DNA of 63,694 bases, filler included, from Welwitschia mirabilis (Eukaryota), in NCBI GenBank assembly GCA_051453625.1. It is 8 parts of one record of this genome, joined end to end, with 100 filler letters (N's around TTAATTAATTAA, not from the genome) between each part and the next. Parts side by side here need not be neighbours in the genome. Positions count along the whole stretch, not along the records: positions 1 to 28,492 come from JBOZIK010000001.1; positions 28,593 to 32,779 come from JBOZIK010000001.1; positions 32,880 to 36,134 come from JBOZIK010000001.1; positions 36,235 to 46,996 come from JBOZIK010000001.1; 4 more parts are not named here. One strand, written 5' to 3'. Shown here in pieces: positions 27,601 to 38,820 of this stretch (within the stretch, counting starts at the first letter, position 1; each line of letters begins with the position of its first letter). A program made the position numbers and the translations under genes. Under the pieces are notes generated by a model. That model was not told the DNA's origin and made no database searches. It was given only the letters and a program-made list of their open reading frames with translations.

Positions 27601-28492
27601 ATCTCTTATTAAAGAATGTGGATCATGAGAATTATTATAAAATGCATGCATGGAGGTTTTCAAAGAGAGTGTCCAAGAAGATTTGGAGGGTTCTTTAGAA
27701 TGTCTAGTAAGATTAAGAAGTTTTCTATCATTCGATTCAAGAAATGGATTTTTATTAAAGAAATGAGACTTTCCAATTAGTATAACCACATAACATTTTA
27801 TCTCCACAAGATCTAATAGTAATACAAGAGATTAAAAAATTCATATAACTCATGGAAAAACAATCTCTTATCAAACTCATAATATAAAGGATTTGAAACA
27901 TAAATTCATTTAGAGTTTGATATTGAACATGGAAGGTATTATTTGAGATCCAAGGATTTGTAAGAAACTTCGAAGATTGAGCGATTAAGATAGGTTTAAC
28001 ATACCTAAGAAGCTTTTTAACATTTAAGTTTAAGCATGTATTTGAATCAAGAAGGTATGGTTTTCCCCAATTTAGGGTTTCAAGATATCCCAAGTATTGT
28101 TTTTGAAAAGAGTAATCATTAAAAGCATAAAGTAAGAGGAAAAGGTATTACTTTTTGTAGTACATGAAGTCTTAAAAGGAAAGTATTGAGAGATTTTTGA
28201 AGTAGAGTCCTCAAGGTGATGTGTCTCATTAATTTCAAGGACAGGATGTGATTTGAAGAACTACTTGACTATTCAAAAGGGATAAAGGGAGAGAATTTAT
28301 CATTTTCAAGACCATAAGGTAATGTAGAAGTAGAAGTAGAAGGAGGCATGTCATTGTTTGAGGATTCGCATGGAAGTACAAGTGAAAGCGATGGAGAAAC
28401 ATGTAGAGACTATTTAAATTGTCTTATTTCATTAAAAGATATAAGTCTATTCTCCATTAATTTTATTTGATTTTTAATTGATCCTTATTTAT
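24640..28492 (-). mobile_element. Athila-like element B3, internally deleted (partial 3' LTR, PPT, non-coding region, no ORF2)
   Basis: PPT junction at ~25567-25600; 26280-27160 is the reverse complement of parts of B1 6930-8740 (e.g. GAAGTCCTCCTCATTGAGG). Confidence 0.7.
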
Positions 28493-28592
28493 NNNNNNNN
28501 NNNNNNNNNNNNNNNNNNNNNNNNNNNNNNNNNNNNTTAATTAATTAANNNNNNNNNNNNNNNNNNNNNNNNNNNNNNNNNNNNNNNNNNNN
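28493..28592. other. Assembly linker gap N44-TTAATTAATTAA-N44 (also centred near 32830, 36185, 47046, 51197, 56663, 61101)
   Basis: An identical 12-mer with stops in all six frames is centred in 100-nt N blocks; this is an artificial scaffold join. Confidence 0.95.
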
Positions 28593-29668
28593 TCCGACAG
28601 TGGAGCAGAACTAGAAACATCCTTGTTCTTTTCATCCCTCTTTTTACATTTTCCTTTAAACTTCCAATAGCCTTTTATCATATGTCCTTTCGTCTTGCAG
28701 TAATGGTAGTCAATGTCCCTTCTTTGGGATCTAGCTAGGTTCTTGCTTCTACCATGTCCTCCCCTAGATTGTGAACGTCCTCTATGAGTTGCCAAAGCCT
28801 CTCCTTGTTTCTTGCTGCTAGATGAATGAAATGCATTTTGCTTTTCTATATCCAATAACATTCCTATAAGTTCTTCAAGTGTCAAACTATTCTTACCAGT
28901 AGACATTAGAATCGGAGTTACAATAGTTGACAAACTCTGAGGTAATAAAATCAGAATAGTAGTAATGCGCATCTCCTCCATAAATGTGATCACAAGACCA
29001 TTGATTTGCGAGAATATATTTTGCATCTCATTCAAATGACTCAAAAATTTTGTTCTTTCCTTCATCTTTGTAGTAAAAGCTTGGCTAAGGACTACATACC
29101 TATTTATTTTACAAGGCTGATCGTACCAGTCTTTCAACTTTTTCTATAGTTCTTGTGTAGTTAGAACTCTTGAATGAGCCTTCAAATTGCTGAGCCAAGA
29201 GTGAATGAAAGACAAGGCATTGGAATATATCTCGTTCCATTTGGCATCTGGCCTAAAGGCCAACCAAGCAGTATCGTCCATCTTCAGATCTGCCTTTGCT
29301 TGTGCCTTCATCTTTAGAGCAAGTTTACATCTCTTTTGCTGCAGAATGTCTTCCATCAAGATATTCCACTTGTTACATATCTAACAAGAAAGTACTAAAA
29401 CAAAATGGAACAACAGGCACACAAAAGGAACAACACAGAATTTACGTGGTTCGGCTCTTTTTACCCTACGTCCATGAGAAGCAATACAGAGCTCTATTGA
29501 TTAATTAGTAGCAAATGTGTTTCAGATACAATAAACAACCCTCTAACAGGTTTATATAGCCTTAGGATTAGGGTTACAAGCCAATACCCTTTTACAACTT
29601 TAAATAGGGGTCAATGTTAAAACATAACATTTCAACATAAATAATATATTTGGCTTCACATATCAACA
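28593..29668 (-). mobile_element. Ty1/copia (Tork/Tnt1-like) gag fragment with adjoining ~300-bp LTR (29371-29668)
   Basis: ORFs 29144-29359 (MEDILQQK) and 28541-29137 (HLNEM, RGRSQSRG, decayed zinc knuckle HYCKTKGHMIK). The LTR has TGTT...AACA ends and contains TTTACGTGGTTCGGC. Confidence 0.8.
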
Positions 29669-31811
29669 ACCTTTTCCTTGCCTTATTCATAAAATTTTTC
29701 ATCATAAAAACCTCAGTAGTTCTCAAGGTGTACAATATTCGTAAAACTGCAATTTGAATGATAGTTTATCAGAGGTGTTTGGACTAAATTGGGACGGTAC
29801 AGAGAAAGATTCTGCTCCAAAAATTTCAAGGATGTGGTTAACAAACCTCTTGCAGTCAATAGCCACCATTTTCAGAGCAACTAAAGGAGATTAAGGAGCT
29901 GCAAAACATTTTGATTGAAGATTTGACACAAGTGAAGTTTTCTATGGATCAATATTTAAAATTGTTTGGTCATCAAATAGTGTTTATTAAAAGCGTGATG
30001 GCAGAGGTTACTGCCTTGAAGGATGAGATCCATTCTCTTAGAACTAGGTGGGTTGGAAGCACTTCAAACAATCAATTCAGTCTAGATCAATTGCTAAATC
30101 TAATGAATCCAGGAAAATGACTTGATAGAGACTAGAAAGAACTAGGTGGAGTGCTATATTGGAGCCTCATTTTATACATTTTTTGTGCTCATTTCATGTC
30201 TGATCATGATACATTCCTTAGACTCTTTCGTGGTGTTTAGAGTTATGTTAGCAAACTATATTTTCTATTTGGAATGCACTTTATATTAATATTTGACACC
30301 TTTTTGTTTATCTAGTGTCTTGCACGGGGTTTGCATGTACAAAAGTCATGCAAAATGTATCATAAAGCTGTTTTGTTTTAGACATATGGCAGATAGTGAT
30401 TAGCTATAGAATTCAGGCTGTTTTTGTGGTTGAGCCTGATGGTTTTGAGGAAATGACAGCATGATGTGCTCATTCTTAGCAGTTGCAGTTTTTTTGTGAC
30501 AGAAAAGTGGTTGTTAAGAGGAAGCTCATTTTTAGAATTCTTGATCTCGTTTCTTGTTCTTGTTTTGTATTTGTTCTACTGTTTTCTTCTAAATCTGTTT
30601 ATTAGCAAGTTCTTGAATTCAAAGAGATTGGTTATTGGACTCCATAGGTGCTAATTGCAGTAGCATGGTGGAGACCATTTCTTGCTAATATAGTGATACT
30701 TCATTGTCAATAACTTTATAGGTTTTCACTTGTAGTGTTATCTGCAATGAAGTGGGACTGGTACGACAATTCAATTAATAGTTAAGAACATGCATTGTAC
30801 TTGTCTTTAAACTTATTTTAGTCAAAATTTGAAGTTAGGATCAGCATTTAGATTTTAGCTATGAAAATTTGTATATTTGTAAATGTTTAAATGTGAATCA
30901 AAAATTTCATCATAGAAATTCTTAACCATGCTTCCTCCACAAGAAGAACTACTTGGGATTTGAAAGAAAGTTCCCAACATTGTCACATCAATAGATTTTA
31001 GAATAGATAAACACAATTACTCCCAAATGTGTGCTTTGTTTGATTGCAAGTTGGTTTTGAAAATCAACGTTCTTCTTGGGAATTGAGATGACTACCTTGA
31101 ACTATTCCAGTTACTGGGGCATGACTTACAATAGTGCTTGACGGTATGGATTGTTACCTAACAAGAAGCCCAATTTTTCTCACTTCTTGGATCTAACTTG
31201 AAGTAGGATCTTTAAAATTCGTTTAAAGCTCATTTGTAGGCAATTGCAGAGCATCCAAGATTTAGAGTTTGTGAATGGAATGTTTGGTTATTCAAATTTG
31301 GCCCTTGCTTCCAAGCTCCACCTTTTATAGGTTCTTAGTGCTTAACAACTTCCAATTAGGATCCTTGTTTTACATTTATCCTAGAACCATATCAAGAAAC
31401 ATCTTGTGGAGGAAGACATTCATGGCAATTGCTTCCTTTGTGGTTGAGTAAAATTATTTGGTGAGAAAGATGACTCATGTAGTGTTCTGACAATGAATTG
31501 AAATTTGATCTCAACTTCTATACTGTTGATTATTTCATAGTCTTATCCAAGATTAACCATTATAATTTCAAACTTGCATAATCACATATCTTTTTTTCTT
31601 TTCTATGTCGCATACTCTATTTGAACTTTGAAGCATAAAGTTAATCAAAATTTAATACACCATTGAAACCTTTTGAGATCCATTTTCAATTTGTGATGTA
31701 GTTAACAACAATCTATCATATATTTTATTTAACATCTTAAATTGATGTTTTCTTTTCCATATGTCATTAATGACCTATAGTGATATTACTTTGTATTTTT
31801 TATTCAATCAG

Positions 31812-31928
31812 ATAGATTATGAGGAAGCATTATTTCTATGGCATGTTGATAAAAGGGACTTTCTACAATGGGCTGCAACAAGCGTTACAACACTGTTCTT
31901 AGGAATTGAGGTTGGAGTAATCGTTGGG
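31812..31928 (+). CDS. SULTR4: Internal coding exon of a group-4 (vacuolar) sulfate transporter, SLC26/SulP family
   Basis: Pyrimidine-rich tract and CAG acceptor (31809-31811); 39 uninterrupted codons IDYEEALFLWHVDKRDFLQWAATSVTTLFLGIEVGVIVG; GTATGT donor at 31929; phase 0/0. Closely matches the plant SULTR4 segment VDYDEAIFLWRVDKxDFxLWTITSxxTLFxGIEIGVLVG as recalled. Confidence 0.9.
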
Positions 31929-32367
31929 GTATGTTGTAAAATTATTTAGTAATTCAATGTGTGTGGAACCTTAAAAAATTTTCCTTTCAAAGCAACAATT
32001 TTATCTTATTTGGATCAGTTATACTAATTGCTTGTGCAGAATTTTGTTCATATTAATGCACACGTAGAAGTGATATTGCTTTATTTAAAAAGTTTGGTTT
32101 GAGCACAATTAGTATGGTCAATAACTGAATTGTCATAAGCTCTAACTTGTATACAAAGTTCATCAATTTTCCCTTACCTTCATGAAAATCTCAAATTAAA
32201 ATATCTTTGCAACTCTTTTCATGTGACTGGTTTTATTGCTAATCTATCCTTTAGGGGTAATTGTCTTCTCTCTGCACATGTTGTATGTGACCTTCAACAT
32301 ATCTAACGTAATATGGACCACTTAAGCTACTAAAAGCGAAAAATGATTTAAATTTTAAACCATAAAT

Positions 32368-32779
32368 TGTTAGCTTGTAAACATCGTATTTAATGAAATG
32401 TGAGGAGATAACTCATCATTCTTTATAAGAGTCTAATAGGAATTGTAGAACCAGCCATCTAGTTTGTGTCTGAGAAGAGTCAGTGTGATACTGTGACAAC
32501 TTGGTTATTATGTCCATTAAGTTTTCCTTTCTGCAAACATCTTTTGTCTTGTTTAGTATTATTTGAAATTATGGTGTTATTTTCTGACATGGTATCAAAG
32601 TAAGCAAGTCCTGCAAAAAAGATGGAAAACGCAAAGAAAATAATGATGGGTATAACCACTCCTAGAGATGCACTTGTCAATGAAAACTCTAAATTTAAGA
32701 AGCAATTATGTCTTAATCAAGAGAGTAACAAACTTAAACAGAACTAATCCTAACTCCAGCATGCATCATCACAACCAAG
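32368..32779 (+). mobile_element. Short LTR (~220 bp) plus tRNA-Met PBS; 5' end of a copia or TRIM-like element running into a gap
   Basis: TGTTAG at 32368 to CTGACA at 32589, followed directly by TGGTATCAAAG. Confidence 0.5.
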
Positions 32780-33120
32780 NNNNNNNNNNNNNNNNNNNNN
32801 NNNNNNNNNNNNNNNNNNNNNNNTTAATTAATTAANNNNNNNNNNNNNNNNNNNNNNNNNNNNNNNNNNNNNNNNNNNNTATCTTGACCTGGTTCATAGC
32901 TAAAGAAATAGAAGTTGAAGTAAATAATTGGGCAGTCATGCATCTAAATTATCTTAGGGATCTCTTTGCCAAGAAGGACATTTCCTTGAGTGGCTGCAAC
33001 TTTTCCCCTTGAGGTAGGATTGATGAAGTGGCAGGAGGTCTCTGGTTGGACCAATCTTTAGGCTTGAACTGGATGGTTTTGTTTCTTCTCTCCCCTCTGG
33101 CAAGTCTCCATGCCATGATC

Positions 33121-33240
33121 GTTGGATGAATGTTTTCTTTATGCTCTTCAAGCATATAACTTTGGATGATCTTATTTTCATTTGGATGAATGTTTTCTTG
33201 AGGCTTTTCAAGCATATTAGTTTGGATGAGCTTCTTATCT
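33121..33240. repeat. 60-bp tandem duplication (TTGGATGAATGTTTTCTT...AGCATAT..TTTGGATGA)
   Basis: Two adjacent, clearly alignable 60-nt units; visible as a repeated peptide in ORF 32949-33281. Confidence 0.75.
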
Positions 33241-33279
33241 TGGTTAACTAGCTTTTGAGGCATCCTGAGGATATCCGAC

Positions 33280-34320
33280 ATTGAAATCAGACTCTGGTTT
33301 TTCTTATTTTGAGAAAGTTTGGAGCGAACACCTTTGGTGCTTTCAGGCCTCTACATTTATGTAGCACTGCGGCTGACAGGCTTCATCCTGTCCTTATGGA
33401 TTCCATTATGGATTCCATCATTGGCATTCATGAGATTCTCCATTTTAGGTGGAAGTCCAGCGAACCAACCATGTATCTCAAGCTTGATCTTAATAAGCAT
33501 ATAATAGATTAGATTCGATGTCTCAAACTGGGTTTGGGCTGAGATGGGTTTTCGTGAGGGGCTTAGAGATATGGTGAGATCCATGGTTTGTTTGGTTTGG
33601 TAGCATATACTCATTAATGGGGAGTTCTCAAAGGAGTGTAGACCTCAGTTGGGCATTTGCTAGGGTGATTCGCTCTCTCCCAATCTTTTCATTATTTGTT
33701 TTGAAGTTCTTAACCTGGTCATTAAGAAAAATATCATAGAGATAAGGATTGGTGATTCTCATGTTAAAAGCTTCTATGTTGGCGATGCTGTTATCATGTC
33801 TACCTCCATTGTTGGGGAGGCTAAGAGAATCAGAAGGATGATAGATTCTGTTACTGAGCATGTGGGGCAGAAAGTCAATAGGGAGAAATCTAAGATTTTC
33901 TTTCAAAACATGGTCCATCGCTTGTGCAATTGAATTCCTAATTAGTTGGTATCCCCTTCTTTGAGGTGAAGAATAAGGAGGTGATTTGGAGGAAAGTTAT
34001 TGACAAAGGCAAAGCCAGATTGTGTGATTGGAAGTGTTCTTTCTTGTTGCAAGCAGGCAAGATCTACATCATGAAGTCTATTTTCTTAGGGATGGCTCTT
34101 TACGGGATGTCTTTGTTTTATGCTCCCTCTAAACTGGCAAAAGATTTGGATGCTATCTTTAGGAATTTCCTGTGGAGTAGGCTTAAGGGCCCCATAGGAT
34201 ACACTTGGTTAAGTAGGTGAAAGTGTTCCCTCCAGCTGGGGGCATGGGGACAAGGAGTGCTAATAACATAAATTTAGCTATTTTGGCTAAACATTTTTGG
34301 AGCATTCATTAGAATGAGGT
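33280..34320 (+). mobile_element. L1-clade LINE ORF2 remnant (reverse transcriptase and downstream region)
   Basis: FRPLHLC, YLKLDL, ILING...GDSLSPNLFII, and WKCSFLLQAGKIYIMKS...YGMSLF...FRNFLWS, NLAILAKHFW: typical plant L1 motifs. Confidence 0.85.
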
Positions 34321-34321
34321 T

Positions 34322-37300
34322 TGTTGGGTCTCTTCTCTAATGGTGACCTAAGTAAGTGGTAGGTTTGCTGGAGAAATTAAATAAAGAATTTCAGTGATGA
34401 GCAAATTGAAGTAGTTACTCAGAGTTTGGAGATCAAGCTATGTGTAGATGACCTCCATCATTCTCGTGGTCTATCAAACAAGCAAATTTAGATCTTAAGC
34501 AATTCCATAGGTCAAGTTCAAATCATGAGACGTTCAAAATTCTTAGCATTAGAAATTAGTTGAAGAAGGCCTGGGATATCTGGGATATTGTATGGAATGT
34601 CTTGAATTTCCAAGGAAAAAAATCTGAGATCCCTCTAGAACATCTGGAACTACTAGTGGGATGTCTAGGGTGCAGGAGCAAAATGAAAGTTGGGCGGAAC
34701 TCAATTTCAAGTCACTCCAAGATAGGTTGAGTCAAAGCACACTTACCCCTAATAGCTAGTAGACGTGCACTGGCTTCACAAATGTCAAGAATAACCACCT
34801 CCAATCTCATGTCTTTACAACTTCTGTAGGCCCTCCTATAAGAGGGGATGAATTTTGAAACGAATAAGTGTTAAGGGGAAAAAGGGCTTAACTATAACAA
34901 AGCTATTGAAAAGAGATTGCTTGTATATCTTCTCCTTTTTCTCTAGTTCTTACTCTTTCTACATTGTATCATGCTTTTGGAGACTCATTCGAATTGTATG
35001 CTGGTGTACTATGCATAAAGGAAGGCACACTTTCCATCAGTCTTCTCTCTTGACAAAACTATAGCTCTGTGGATTGATCTGAATAGTAGATTGTATTTAA
35101 GTAAGACCCTTGTTTGAATGGTTTGAAAGGTCTATAAAGTTTGCTAGCGCTAAGGGAACCACAAGGCTGAAGGTGGTTGCTGCTCCTTGAGAGTAGAGTA
35201 GGCTGGATTTCTGAACCACTATAAAACTATGGTGCACTTCTTCTTATTTGAGTTTTACTTTTTGTTTTTTGCTTCCATAAAAGCAATTAATTTTATAAGT
35301 AGTTAGTTACTTAATTGTTTAAAAAACCCCTATTCAACCCTCTTGTAAGGTGTTTTATGATTCTAACAATTGGTATCAGAGCTAGATTCTCTAGTTTTTC
35401 TGTGTTGTTGTAGTGTATCCTTGTTTCAGGTTCACCTTAAATGGCATCCACAGGCTACTCTGAAAGACAATCCGTCTTGAGGCCACCATTGTTCTCAGGA
35501 ACTAACTACAGTTGTTGGAAAACAAAGAGAGCCATATGTCTGCAATCTCTGGATTGCAATATATGGGACATGGTGCAATATGGCTATGCACCACCTACAA
35601 AGGCATCCAATGGAAAACTGGTTCGTAAACCACAGGGTGAGTGGGAATCCGATGACAAGAAGTATGTTGAGTTGAATGCCAAAGCCATGAATGCTCTAAT
35701 TTGTGCTCTTCTTCAGAGGAATACAATTGAGTGGTACAAGGCACAATAGGTCAAATGATTTGGGAGACATTAAAGGTAGCTTATGAAGGAACAAAAGTCA
35801 CGAAGAAGGCTAAGCTCTAGATGCTCATAACTAAATTCAAAAACATTAAGATAGAGAAATCAGAGTCTATTATTGACTACACAAACAAGGTTAATGACAT
35901 TACCAAGAGCATGTGGGGACTCGGAGAAGCATTCCCTGAAAATAGAGTGGTTTGGAAAATACTTAGAAGTCTCATCAAGAAGTTTTGACCTAAAGTCACA
36001 GCCATAGAAGAAAGTAAAGATATTTTTAGAATTAGAGTGGAAAAGTTGAAAGGTTCCTGTTGGAAAAGTGAAGCCAAATTTGTCTTGTTTATATTATAAT
36101 GTTATGTTTTAACATTGACCGCCCTTTTGTAATANNNNNNNNNNNNNNNNNNNNNNNNNNNNNNNNNNNNNNNNNNNNTTAATTAATTAANNNNNNNNNN
36201 NNNNNNNNNNNNNNNNNNNNNNNNNNNNNNNNNNGGCTCTCTTGGCCAAGAACTTGGAGAGAGTCCTTCAAACGAAGGGAGGAAGGCCACCAAGACAACT
36301 CCACAAATGTATTAATGACAAAGGTAAGAGCTCTTCAAACTCAATGCAATGTCATGAATGCAAGGGCTATGGACATATTGCCTATGAATGTGCTAACAAC
36401 AAGAGAGAAAAGATGTCTAGAAGTAAGGGAAAAAAGTTCTTCAAAGGCTACATGGGATGATGAAGGAACTGATAACGAAAGTGCATCTCTGTTGAGTGAT
36501 GGTGGGGAATCTTTCAGATTTAGATTGATATCTGTCATGAATGAGGTATGTGACCCATTAGATTTTGGTCTTGTTGCTATCAAGAATGAAGAAGACAAGT
36601 TTACTGTTGAAATCTGTATTGAATCTGATAATGAGGATAGTGAAATTGCTAAGGCATATGAGAAGTTGTATAAAGTTTGTATTAACCTTGGAAAGAAGAA
36701 TATTTTGCTAAAGAAACAAGTAATTGATCTAGAAGCTACATTGAGAGATGCTAACAGTAGAATCTAGTCACTTTCTAAGGATCTAGAAAATGTCAAGAAA
36801 ATAGCTGAGCGCCTTGCAAATGGGAGAGACAATCTCAACAAACTGTTGGTTGTAAGTAAAAGACCTTTTGACTAATTTGGTATTGGTAACTCTTCTGATA
36901 TGTTTCCTACTCCTCATCTTTTTGGTCCAAGTACTAGTTATTAGTCTTTTGGTAAAGTTAGGCTAAAATGTTTTTACTGTCAAGGATATGATCTCATACA
37001 ATTTTCATGTGCATATAAGAAATTTCTATGTTTTAGATACAATAACAACTTGAAGTTTAGAAGTGAAATTCCATTTGATCAACATAAGGAACATGGAAGA
37101 AAAAGTACTTGGAGATGGATTGGGAAGGATTCACTAAAGTCACTATTTGCTTATGCAACCTCCAATGTCTAAGAAAGCACAAGATGGTTTCTTGACAGCA
37201 GATGCTTGCGACACATTGATAAGTGACAAAAGCTTATTTGCCTCCTTTTAGGAATATGATGGTGGAGAGGTAACCTTTGGGGACAATAGCAAAGGTTACT

Positions 37301-38820
37301 TTGTTGGTAAGGGATCCATAGCAGCTAACGGACACCATCTGGTAATACATGATGTTTATTTAGTTGATGGTCTTAAACATAATCTTTTGAGCATCTCACA
37401 AATATGTGATAAAGGTAATATAGTTGCTTTTTATAAAGATAGATGTGTTATTAAAGATGTTACTACTAACAACCTTGTTCTTACAAGCAATAGATCCAAC
37501 TTCATGTTTGTGGTTGGGAATAGTGGAAGAGAGGGTGAAGGATGCTATATGGGTCAAATCGATGAAGTAAATCTATGGCATAGAAGATTGGGGCACCCGA
37601 GCATGAAGGACCTCAAAACTATCTCAACCCATGAAATCGTGAACAGTGTTTCAAAGTTAGATGTGTCTCAACCAAAGCTATGTGATTCTTGTTTAAAGGG
37701 TAGACCTACCACGTTTAACTTCAAAAGCAAGAGGGATATCACATCTAATAGAACTCTTCACTTAATTCACATGGACGTGGTTGGGCCAGCTCAATCAAAA
37801 AGCATAGGAGGTAGGAGACATTTTCTGGTAATGGTTGATGATTTTCCTCGATACTACTAGATCTCATTTATTTCTAGGAAAGACGAGGTGTTTGACATGT
37901 TTGCTAGAGTATGTAGCAGAATACAAAATGGAAACGACACACAATTAAAAGTATAAGATCAGACCATGGTGGTGAGTTTGATAATGATAAATTTAAAAAT
38001 ATTTGTGATTCTAATGGTATTTTTCATCAATATTCAGCCCCTAGGACACCTCAACAGAATGGAGTGGTTGAAAGTAAGAATATAGTATTGATAGAAATGG
38101 CTAGAACAATGCTAAATGAGAGTCCTTACCACATCAGTTTTGGGTTGAGGCTATAAATATGACATGCTACATTATCAATAGAGTCTTTTTTCGTTCAAGT
38201 ACAAAAAAGACCTCATATAGATTATGGAAGGGTAGGAAACCAAATGGAAGCTATTTTAAAGGTTTTGGAAGTAAATGCACTATATTAAAGGATAAAGGCT
38301 TTAATGGCAAATTCGTTTCTAAAGCTGATGATGTGATCTTTCTTCAATATTTAATTTTTAGCAAAGCTTATACAATCTATAATAAAAACTTGTGCTAGGT
38401 GGAAGAATCAACCCATGTCAGGGTTGATGACTCTAATGACTATTCTGAAGTTTTAAACAGGGCAAGTGAAGATGAAGATAGAGTCATTTTGGATGAACAA
38501 AACCGACCTTCAACACCTCTACAAATTGATCAAAACCAATCATCCTCAACTGTCAATTACACTTATGCAACTAGTTCTACAAGCATACACAAGACTTCTC
38601 TCTACCAAAAGAAACCAGGAGGGACCATCCTCAAGATCGTGTCATTAGTGATCTCAACCATGAACAACTACTAGAAGTGATACAAATATCTCTCATAGTT
38701 TTTCCTGCTTTCTCTTTGACAGGAAAGCAAAGAACTTTTAGGAAGCAGAGAACGATGAAGCATGGATGTTGGCTATGCAAAGGAGTTTAATTAGTTTGAA
38801 TGTAACAATGTATGGAATCT
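34322..38820 (+). mobile_element. Ty1/copia Sirevirus-like element E (5' LTR to 35368, PBS 35371-35382, gag-pol truncated at RT start)
   Basis: Perfect PBS TGGTATCAGAGC; gag RPPLFSGTNYSCWK, AKAMNALICAL, zinc knuckle CHECKGYGHIAYEC; LWHRRLGH; integrase. The left LTR boundary is uncertain. Confidence 0.88.
36058..36134 (+). repeat. Start of a Tork-like LTR inserted in gag of element E (rest lies in linker gap)
   Basis: TGTTGGAAAAGTGAAGCCAAAT...TGTTATGTTTTAACATTGACC matches the reverse complement of 29600-29668 and the end of 56502-56891. Confidence 0.75.

Noticed and set aside
28537..28548. Recurrent palindrome TTAATTAATTAA
   Set aside because: Always centred in N blocks; a synthetic scaffold linker, not biological.
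31761..31949. The 62-aa ORF as a standalone small protein
   Set aside because: Similarity to SULTR4 is confined to the AG/GT-bounded part; the rest is intron read-through.
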